A DNA stretch of 25,830 nt, from the IMG/VR virus record IMGVR_UViG_3300028840_004242, positions 62,001 to 87,830 of that record; one strand, 5' to 3'. Positions 16,394 to 23,865 of this stretch are shown here, piece after piece. Source of the stretch: an uncultured virus (IMG/VR IMGVR_UViG_3300028840_004242) (Duplodnaviria; Heunggongvirae; Uroviricota; Caudoviricetes). The notes beneath the pieces are model-generated. The model was not told the origin of the DNA, made no database searches, and was given only the letters and a program-made list of their open reading frames with translations. The translations under genes and the position numbers were made by a program. Position 1 is the first letter of the stretch; every line of letters begins with the position of its first letter.

Positions 16394-16492
16394 TGACAAT
16401 TCACGTCACTTTTGACAATTTTTGTCAAAAAACGCTATAACATACTGTAATTATTAATAATATTACAATGTAGTATATGACAATTATTGTCA
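16394..16492. promoter_or_regulatory. Three TGACA-N5-YGTCA palindromic operators
   Basis: 16394..16408, 16413..16427 and 16478..16492; the second overlaps a plus-strand TTGACA-18-TATAAC. Confidence 0.65.
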
Positions 16493-16540
16493 ATATATAC
16501 TACAATGTATTACTGCTACAATGTAGCATTATATATACAC

Positions 16541-16644
16541 TATATTACTACATTACTATACTACTGTATTACTACATTACTATACTACTACATTACTATA
16601 CTACTGTATTACTACATTACTATACTACTACATAACTACATAAC
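16541..16644 (+). repeat. Octamer tandem array (13 x TRYAYWAC) with a 40-bp higher-order repeat
   Basis: Units TACATTAC, TATACTAC, TGTATTAC, TACATAAC; 16549..16588 equals 16589..16628. Confidence 0.9.
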
Positions 16645-16779
16645 TACAATAATATTTCTAAACAATATTTACTTATTATATATACATATAGTAAATATAT
16701 ATTAATACATTAATATAATACATAATAAATAAATGAAGCATATTTATTTATTATACATGCAATAACTAAGCCCCCACAC

Positions 16780-16822
16780 ATTTAATAAATATGCTTCATT
16801 AAATAAATAAATAACATGCAAT
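16780..16822 (+). repeat. Right arm of 43-bp inverted repeat
   Basis: Partner of 15221..15263. Confidence 0.85.
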
Positions 16823-17039
16823 ACAAACTACATTAATTGTAGTAAGCTACATTATTTGTAGTATGACAATTTACATTTTATTGCAACATTTATTAATTAC
16901 ATGCAACATGTGATAACTGAAGCCCCTTCAATAAACAAATGGGGTATACTTAATAAATGAGCATGGAGGCCCGACCATAAATTAGAATACCGAATTCACA
17001 CAACTTTAACGGAGGCCAATCCTGCATCGTATTTTCCAC

Positions 17040-17069
17040 TTGACACCACGCTCCGGGGTGTGCTATACA
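17040..17069 (+). promoter_or_regulatory. Promoter TTGACA-18-TATACA
   Basis: Shares GGTGTGYTATA with the promoter at 21313. Confidence 0.7.
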
Positions 17070-17079
17070 GCGAATTAAT

Positions 17080-17613
17080 ATGAACCTTCCCCAACTCATA
17101 AACCGCATACGCAATGGTGTGTATGAACTCATTAACACCCCTTCTAAGCAAACCGTGGTGCCCCAGGCCAAAGCAAAGATCAATCAAAACGTGCGCTTTG
17201 ACGACCACACCTTGCGAGAGCTCACCAGCAACGGAAAGCAAGTGTATATCGTGCAAGCAGCTCAAATCAACCTTCAACAGTCACTTACCAACGAAGGCAC
17301 CAAAGTGCTCACCTATATTGACCAACTACAAACCGCCTTAGAAGACCAAGCCCGTGACCAATCTCTATTCGAAATATTACTCCGTAAATATAATGAGGGA
17401 TGCACCTTGAAAACCATCCGCGACATCGTAGAGCGTTTATACATCGAGATTGCCCTTGCCAACACGCCTACGCAATCAGATGCCGCCCGTCGCCTTGGTA
17501 TTGCCCGCAGCGGCATATATGAGCGTCTAAAGCGCCTTACCTACGCCGAAGAGGCCGAACCAACCATGACAAAGGAGATCACCAAATGCGAGACACAGAA
17601 CTCTACCGACTGA
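17080..17613 (+). CDS. Fis/NtrC-type HTH (HTH_8) domain protein
   Basis: C-terminal VERLYIEIALANTPTQSDAARRLGIARSGIYERLKRL. Confidence 0.8.
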   Translation: MNLPQLINRIRNGVYELINTPSKQTVVPQAKAKINQNVRFDDHTLRELTSNGKQVYIVQAAQINLQQSLTNEGTKVLTYIDQLQTALEDQARDQSLFEILLRKYNEGCTLKTIRDIVERLYIEIALANTPTQSDAARRLGIARSGIYERLKRLTYAEEAEPTMTKEITKCETQNSTD

Positions 17614-18188
17614 CACCCACAAAGGGATACACTAAGGAAGGCCTACGCATGATCGCTATCGACGCGGTCAGAGACTGCGTAGGAGAGGACTGTCCTGTAT
17701 ACCAGAAATGTCCTTATAGCAAGAATGGAAAGTGCAGCGTGGAGACTGGGTATATCAGTGCCGTTATGGACAGCTACTATGATTTGATTAAGAAGGATAT
17801 GAACCAAGAACTACTCAACGCCTTCACCCTGCGCCTGCTGCCACTGTTCCATCAGCTTGTGCGCTTCCAGATATTCGCCTACAGCGTTCAGGAGGTGTGC
17901 TACGTCACCTCCCGAGGGTTGCTAAAGATGCACCCCGTATTTAAAGAGATAAGGGAAACCATCCGCTCCATTGAGGCTACGCAGAAGTCCATTGGGTTGG
18001 AAGGAGAGTATATACGTGCTCTTGGTAACCTTAAGCAGCCAGGCATACTGCCTAGAGACCGAGAGGATGCTGAAGAGGTGCCTGGAGGTGCTAATTGGCG
18101 TGAGCAGTGGAACAAAAAGTACTTTGATCAGAACTTAGGACTGCGTGAGCCTAATGAAAGACCCACATTGAGGAGGGCGGCGAAGTGA
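17586..18188 (+). CDS. terS: Probable terminase small subunit with Cys cluster
   Basis: GLLKMHPVFKEIRETIRSIEATQKSIGL resembles the P27-family TerS C-terminus; AAGGAG RBS; upstream of TerL. Confidence 0.6.
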   Translation: MRDTELYRLTPTKGYTKEGLRMIAIDAVRDCVGEDCPVYQKCPYSKNGKCSVETGYISAVMDSYYDLIKKDMNQELLNAFTLRLLPLFHQLVRFQIFAYSVQEVCYVTSRGLLKMHPVFKEIRETIRSIEATQKSIGLEGEYIRALGNLKQPGILPRDREDAEEVPGGANWREQWNKKYFDQNLGLREPNERPTLRRAAK

Positions 18189-18463
18189 TGGAGGTCAAGA
18201 AATGTGGATGCAAGGATTGGGAAGAGAACATAAACCTTATTAATGCACCATGGACATTGCCGTTAACCATAGTAGGGAAGTATGAAGGGAAAGAGTTTGA
18301 ATACTGTCCCTGGTGTGGAGGTAAGTTGTGGACTACTTATAAAGTAGAGTATGGTAATTGTAGTAGTCCAAAATGTACGTGTGGCACATCAGAGTTTAAG
18401 AAGTCTACTGTTGGGTGTCCAGTGCATGGCATTTACGAGTGGGGGTATAAGGAGAACTACTAA
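18185..18463 (+). CDS. Cys-rich Zn-finger protein
   Basis: CGC..W, EYCPWCGGKL, CTCG..CPVHG. Confidence 0.65.
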   Translation: MMEVKKCGCKDWEENINLINAPWTLPLTIVGKYEGKEFEYCPWCGGKLWTTYKVEYGNCSSPKCTCGTSEFKKSTVGCPVHGIYEWGYKENY

Positions 18464-18660
18464 TGCCACGCCGATCACATAATATAAAGCGCCGTATGGA
18501 GGGTAGGTGTATAGATTGTGGTGCTATGGCAGAGTATGGGAAGGTGAGATGTGAAAAATGCTTGGTGGAACAGAGGGTTAAAAAGAGGGCTAGCTATGAT
18601 GAAAAAAAGCGCATAGCAAAGCATACAAGCAATAGAAATCTTTTAAAATTCAACAGATGA
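18463..18660 (+). CDS. Small basic Zn-finger protein
   Basis: GRCIDCG...RCEKC; AAGGAG RBS. Confidence 0.6.
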   Translation: MPRRSHNIKRRMEGRCIDCGAMAEYGKVRCEKCLVEQRVKKRASYDEKKRIAKHTSNRNLLKFNR

Positions 18661-18675
18661 GAGGGGGTAAAAATT

Positions 18676-18864
18676 ATGGCTAACAATGATTTAAACGTCA
18701 AGTTGCAGGTGACAGAGGACAATATAGAGCACATGTTGAATGGATTGGAAGAGTACAGTGGACTAGAAGTTAAGGATATAGGATTGCTGAGAAATGAGAA
18801 GGGCAAGCTGAAGGCTATAATTGTAATGTGGAGAGGGAAAGGTGCAAAATCTAAAGAAGATTAA
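18676..18864 (+). CDS. Hypothetical protein
   Basis: GAGGGGG RBS. Confidence 0.55.
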   Translation: MANNDLNVKLQVTEDNIEHMLNGLEEYSGLEVKDIGLLRNEKGKLKAIIVMWRGKGAKSKED

Positions 18865-19405
18865 AAAATGGCTGATTAAGAACGTAGCCGACATCCGTCT
18901 CTATAAAGGTGGCGTTATACTCTTCGGCGACAGCCACTACCGTATGAAGGGGGAGGACGTGAGAGATATCCTGAACTCCTTGCAGAAGGGAGATGTGCTG
19001 TTGCGAAGGTATGATCATTATTTAGGAGGTATGCTAACACCTGGCTACTTCACCCATGCCGCTATTTATGTTGGGGATAACAGAGTGATTCACATGTTAG
19101 GTGAAGGTATATGTAGTGAGGACATCCTTACGTTCTGCCGCTGTGACCACGTTGCTGTGCTGAGGCATGTTGGTGCCCACTATCCTCGATACCAAGCTGT
19201 AAAGAAGGCATTCGCATTTCTGGAAAAACATGTACAGTATGATTACGAGTTTGAGAGTGAAGATGAAGAGTTTTACTGTACTGAGTTTGTATGGGAATGT
19301 TATGGCAGACCTCCCGATCTCTACTTTGATAAATATATACTGCCTGATGACTTCTTAGCTTCGGTTAGCATATTTGAATTGGTAATAAGGAGACCTTCTC
19401 CATGA
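18842..19405 (+). CDS. YiiX/YaeF-like permuted papain-like (NlpC/P60 superfamily) enzyme
   Basis: LQKGDVLL, GYFTHAAIYVGD, YDYEF..FYCTEFVW (His before Cys). Confidence 0.85.
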   Translation: MQNLKKIKKWLIKNVADIRLYKGGVILFGDSHYRMKGEDVRDILNSLQKGDVLLRRYDHYLGGMLTPGYFTHAAIYVGDNRVIHMLGEGICSEDILTFCRCDHVAVLRHVGAHYPRYQAVKKAFAFLEKHVQYDYEFESEDEEFYCTEFVWECYGRPPDLYFDKYILPDDFLASVSIFELVIRRPSP

Positions 19406-21276
19406 CAGTAAAAAGAGCGAGTAGAATCAAAGCAGCAGATCACGAAGTGGTAACATATCAGGATGGAGCCGAAGGGTGTATTCGCTTCTGTGAGGATCAT
19501 GTAAGGGTTCCTATTTTCATAGACAAAATGGAGTACTGGTGCCCCCTAAGTGATCTACCTGACACACCTAATCCCAAGACTAAGCGTTCCTACAAAGAGA
19601 TGTGGGAAAGGCAGAAGGATATATTAAGGGAATGTCTAGCGATGGATGAGGAAGGTTATTTCCTCTACAGGCAGATAGTGTTTTGTTGGATGAGAGGTGA
19701 AGGTAAATCACTAATAGTCTGCCTTATAATAATCTGGAAGTTTATGGCATTCTCCCGCCAGAAGATCATGCTAGGGGCTAATAGTAGAGACCAAGTTAAG
19801 TTCGTTCATTATGATATTATACGGGATATCATTCTCCACAGCCCATCGTTGTTAGCACTAATTGGTAAGAATAATATCCAAGAAAAAGAAATCAGATTGA
19901 AGGAAGACCCTGACGATCCTAAGAGTAAGGACATAGATTGTATCATCCGCAGCGTTGGTACCTTTACTGGTATACTTTCTAATATAACAGCCTACTCATT
20001 CAGTGAAATGTTTGATATGAAGAATCCAAGGTTCTATGTACAGCTAGATGGTAGTATTAGAAATATACCTAATGCGTTTGGCTTAATCGACTCAACCGTG
20101 TCAGATAAGACCCATGTACTCTATAATTTATATAAAGAATGGAAAGCAGGAAACCTGCGAAATGTCTACTTCAGCTATAGGTGCTCGAGAAGTGCAGATT
20201 CGGAAGATTATTGGAACCCTCTTATGGATGAGGATCAACTTAATGACTATAAAGTCAAATTTCCTTTTGGAGAGTTTGAGAGATATTTTCAGAACCTCTG
20301 GGAGGCTGGAACTGTACGGGTTTTTACAGATGAAATGATTGAGGAAATGGGTTACATCGGTGTAGATAATGGATTTTTAAATCATGATGAAATACAAACG
20401 GCTATTAGAAGAAAGTATGAGTTGATTGCTAGAGCGGAGGATACTGCTGGTAAAGGATTTAACGAAGGGGCGGCAGCTGATTGGGAAAGAGTAGCTCTTA
20501 TAGATAGTAAGTTTAGAAAGGTAGAGTCCCTTTTCACCCTTGAAGGTCCTTTTGTAGATAGTCCACCTTCGGTTTCTACGTTGCAGTTCCTTTCTGATAT
20601 TTTTGATACTGATTGGGCTTTACTTACTGGACTTGACATGGCAGATCCTACTGCTGTGCATGGACAAGCTCGCACCATTTTCTGTGCTGTGCTTAAGGGA
20701 CTGGCAGGAAGCCGCAGTAATCCTTTCCATGAAACTATTGAAATACCAGATATGAAGTATATCTACATATTGATATTCCTGACAAGTATTCAGAATCAAG
20801 ATATCAATATTGTTAAACGTCTAATGGACGAAATGGATACAGAATATGATGGAATTGATGCATTCTGCAGCGAGCGCTACGGGTCCTGGGATATGGTTCA
20901 GTGGTGCGAGGATCGAGATATTTTCTTCGAACCTATCTTTCCTAATTACGACCGACAACGGGAAGCATTTAAAGAGTTTTATAATGTTGCCCGTGAGGGT
21001 AGATTTAAATGCCCACCAATCCATGTGGTCGGAAGTAAACGGGTCGATGTTTTACGTGAAGAGCTGTCAGTCTTTGATCATGATCCCATTAAGCGATGGT
21101 TCGGAAGTCCAGAAAAGACTGAAAAGGGAGGAATACAGGACGATTCCGTGTATAGTGTGGGATGGTGTTTATACGGAGGTCGTATGCTCGGACCTGACTC
21201 TTTTAGAATCAGAAAGTCAATGACTAGCTTTGGAACATTCATTCAAGGCACAGGAATCGTAGGGGATTATACTTGA
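19402..21276 (+). CDS. terL: Terminase large subunit
   Basis: WERQKDIL, Walker A WMRGEGKS, coupling motif IDST, FERYFQNLW, nuclease TGLDMAD and QDDSVYS. Confidence 0.9.
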   Translation: MTVKRASRIKAADHEVVTYQDGAEGCIRFCEDHVRVPIFIDKMEYWCPLSDLPDTPNPKTKRSYKEMWERQKDILRECLAMDEEGYFLYRQIVFCWMRGEGKSLIVCLIIIWKFMAFSRQKIMLGANSRDQVKFVHYDIIRDIILHSPSLLALIGKNNIQEKEIRLKEDPDDPKSKDIDCIIRSVGTFTGILSNITAYSFSEMFDMKNPRFYVQLDGSIRNIPNAFGLIDSTVSDKTHVLYNLYKEWKAGNLRNVYFSYRCSRSADSEDYWNPLMDEDQLNDYKVKFPFGEFERYFQNLWEAGTVRVFTDEMIEEMGYIGVDNGFLNHDEIQTAIRRKYELIARAEDTAGKGFNEGAAADWERVALIDSKFRKVESLFTLEGPFVDSPPSVSTLQFLSDIFDTDWALLTGLDMADPTAVHGQARTIFCAVLKGLAGSRSNPFHETIEIPDMKYIYILIFLTSIQNQDINIVKRLMDEMDTEYDGIDAFCSERYGSWDMVQWCEDRDIFFEPIFPNYDRQREAFKEFYNVAREGRFKCPPIHVVGSKRVDVLREELSVFDHDPIKRWFGSPEKTEKGGIQDDSVYSVGWCLYGGRMLGPDSFRIRKSMTSFGTFIQGTGIVGDYT

Positions 21277-21312
21277 TTTTCCGCCTTTCTTTTTGGGAAA
21301 GCAAAAAATAGT

Positions 21313-21342
21313 TTGACAACCCGCCCCCAGGTGTGTTATATA
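21313..21342 (+). promoter_or_regulatory. Promoter TTGACA-18-TATATA
   Basis: Intergenic, upstream of the portal gene; A-tract upstream. Confidence 0.7.
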
Positions 21343-21376
21343 TTTGGCAATTTGTTCTCTTAATACCATCTTGTAG

Positions 21377-22969
21377 ATGAGGAATCAAAAAATGACAGTG
21401 GAGTTGAGTAGAGATGAGATAGCGGAGAGAATACAAGAAATTCCAGATGACGTTTTAAGGCACATCACCTTCAGTATGCCCTGGCAATCACTAGCTGAAG
21501 GGTACTCTGGAGCAACCGATGAAGATGGATTCCCTATCATTCCTGATGCAGGGAAAAAGGAAGATCCAACCGAAGTAAGGAAGCGACTACAGACGGTCTG
21601 CTTCCAGAAAGCTCATCAAAATCCCCACATTAATACTGCAATAAGAGGTCTAGCTGGCCGTGTTACTGGCATGGGCTTCGAGGTCTCTTCAGGAATACCT
21701 GAAATTCAGCAAGCCATTGACGAAATTTGGTATGATCCCCGCAACCGTCTTTATTATTTCCTTTATAAGTACTACGTGAGGCATTTGATAGAAGGTGAAC
21801 TATTCTTATGTCTTACTTTACACAAAGATGGCTTTGTAGAAGTAGATTTTGTGGATCCCTCTGTGGTTAGCAGCAGTGGAGGGGACGGAAGTGGAGTAAT
21901 CAATCATCCTACTAAGCCTACAATGCCTCTGATGTACAATATCCGCTACGATAGCAATAATATGCAACAGATACCCTCGATTTTCTGTGCTTACTACCCA
22001 GAACTGTTATCGTTAGCCGCAGAATCCGAGCTTTACGACCCAAAATTGCAATCGAATAGCAAATCTAGGGCTAGAACTTTCACTAAATTCAAGAGTTATA
22101 ATAAATTTATTGTAGTGCTTGAGAAAGGATTTGTTACGAAAAGAGCGATATCCTACCTAAGAACTACGCTTGAGTGGATAAATCACTACGAAAACCTTAA
22201 AAAGTATGAAATAGACCATAAAAAGTCATCTGGGGCTTATTTATGGATATTCAAAATAACTGAGCCAAAGAGTTTCAAACTTTGGCTATCTTTATCTGAT
22301 GATGACCGTCGTAAGACGGGTATCATGGCAAAAAAGACCCCAGGATCGTCATTGGTGCTTCCCCCTGGCATGGAGGTAGAGGTTAAGAATCCTGTACTTT
22401 CTAATATTAGGGAGCAGGATACGGATATTCTTGAAATGGTTGGGAGCGGACTCAACGAGCCCGAGGATATTCTCTCCTCCAAATCTCGGAGCCCTTATGC
22501 TAGTATAAGGGCTTCGAGAGGTCCAATGTCAGACCGTGTAAGTGATGAGGTTGTGCTGTTCGATCGCTGGTTTATTCATGACTTTTGGGGTTCCATATTC
22601 TACCTTAAATCCGTAGTTTCTGATTTCCCTTCTATATTTAAAGTAAAGGAAGCTGTGGGATTTAATGAAGATAAAAGTCCGATTGTGAAAAAGGTGGATA
22701 GGAAACCTCAAGAACTCATCAAAGTTTCCTATCCCATTAGCGAAGTAATAGACCTAGAGGGCCGTGCTAAAGCATTGTTAGGGGTTAAACATGGTCCTGT
22801 GAGTGAGCAACTAGGTATACCTAATGAAGAGGTAGCACGAAGGATGGGTGTGGGTAACTACCATAAAGCTAGATTGAAAAAGGCTACAGAGGATGAGATG
22901 TATCCCGAGCTTATTTACAATGTAGATGCTGAAGCTACCCAGGAAGACTTAGAAGGAGGAGGAGCATGA
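21377..22969 (+). CDS. Portal protein
   Basis: Follows TerL; NPHINTAIRGLAGRVTGMGF, IEGELFLCL, VDFVDPS, SLVLPPGME. Confidence 0.85.
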   Translation: MRNQKMTVELSRDEIAERIQEIPDDVLRHITFSMPWQSLAEGYSGATDEDGFPIIPDAGKKEDPTEVRKRLQTVCFQKAHQNPHINTAIRGLAGRVTGMGFEVSSGIPEIQQAIDEIWYDPRNRLYYFLYKYYVRHLIEGELFLCLTLHKDGFVEVDFVDPSVVSSSGGDGSGVINHPTKPTMPLMYNIRYDSNNMQQIPSIFCAYYPELLSLAAESELYDPKLQSNSKSRARTFTKFKSYNKFIVVLEKGFVTKRAISYLRTTLEWINHYENLKKYEIDHKKSSGAYLWIFKITEPKSFKLWLSLSDDDRRKTGIMAKKTPGSSLVLPPGMEVEVKNPVLSNIREQDTDILEMVGSGLNEPEDILSSKSRSPYASIRASRGPMSDRVSDEVVLFDRWFIHDFWGSIFYLKSVVSDFPSIFKVKEAVGFNEDKSPIVKKVDRKPQELIKVSYPISEVIDLEGRAKALLGVKHGPVSEQLGIPNEEVARRMGVGNYHKARLKKATEDEMYPELIYNVDAEATQEDLEGGGA

Positions 22970-23391
22970 TAGATGAAAAAGTAGCCAGAAAGCTCGTACA
23001 GAGAATCGCTATGTCCTATCTTGGCACTTTTTATATTTGGGGAGGAGACGATCCCTCAGGATTTGACTGTAGCGGTCTTGCTATCGAGTGCTTAAAATCT
23101 GTGGGAATTCTTCCTAGATCGGGTGACTGGACAGCTCATATTCTAGCTAAAAGATTTGTTACTACTGAAGGACCTAGACCAGGAGATCTTGTTTTCTGGG
23201 CTAACGAGAATGCCCATGTCGTACATGTTGAGATATATATTGGTAATGGGCTGTCTGTTGGCGCTTCTGGCGGAGGTAGTAAAACTAAAACTGTAAAAGA
23301 TGCAATCAAACATAATGCCTTTATTAAAGTAAGACCTGTAGCCTCTCGTGGCGGAGAGGTTTTTTATTGCAACCCTTATATAGAGGTATGA
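22966..23391 (+). CDS. NlpC/P60 (C40) peptidase
   Basis: YIWGGDDPSGFDCSGL, PGDLVFW, HVEIYIGNG. Confidence 0.92.
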   Translation: MIDEKVARKLVQRIAMSYLGTFYIWGGDDPSGFDCSGLAIECLKSVGILPRSGDWTAHILAKRFVTTEGPRPGDLVFWANENAHVVHVEIYIGNGLSVGASGGGSKTKTVKDAIKHNAFIKVRPVASRGGEVFYCNPYIEV

Positions 23392-23392
23392 G

Positions 23393-23863
23393 ATGCCTTG
23401 GACAGCGGCAGATGCCAAAAGGTTTAAAAAGGGCTTGACTTCAGCTCAGGCAGCTCAATGGGCTAAAATAGCTAATGGTGTACTGAGATCATGCCAGAGT
23501 CAGGGTAGTAGTGATTGTGAGGGAAAAGCAATAAGGATAGCGAATAGTAAATTTAGTGATGAAAGTTTTGAGCTTGAAGCCTTGGTAGAAATGGGATCTA
23601 CTTGGAAACAGGTAGATTTACTTTTGCATGATTCATTTTTTGGTCTCCAGCAGCAGAAAGCCGGAGGCTCTAATGCAGGTAAATATAAAACAGGACCTTT
23701 TTGTGGTCCTTCAGGAGGAGCACCTAAGGGCACCTATCCTGTAAATACAAAGGCAAGGGCTATAGCGGCCTTGGCGTATGCTCGTCACGCACCTAATCCT
23801 TCTGGTATTCGAAGATGCGTGTGTCGTCATTGGCCAAGTTTACCAGCTTGCAAAAGGAGCTAA
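23393..23863 (+). CDS. ChaB-like N-terminal domain fused to a DUF6582-like domain
   Basis: MPWT..QWAKIANGVL..EGKAIRIANS; FCGPSGGAPKGTYPVNTKARAIAALAYA. Confidence 0.6.
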   Translation: MPWTAADAKRFKKGLTSAQAAQWAKIANGVLRSCQSQGSSDCEGKAIRIANSKFSDESFELEALVEMGSTWKQVDLLLHDSFFGLQQQKAGGSNAGKYKTGPFCGPSGGAPKGTYPVNTKARAIAALAYARHAPNPSGIRRCVCRHWPSLPACKRS

Positions 23864-23865
23864 AA

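Noticed and set aside
16541..16644. CRISPR array
   Set aside because: Contiguous 8-bp tandem units with no unique spacers and no cas genes.
16487..16705. 72-aa Tyr/Ile/Thr-rich ORF
   Set aside because: Translation artefact of the octamer array; TTG start, no RBS.
15221..16822. IS element or transposon
   Set aside because: No transposase or recombinase motif in the cargo and no target-site duplication seen.
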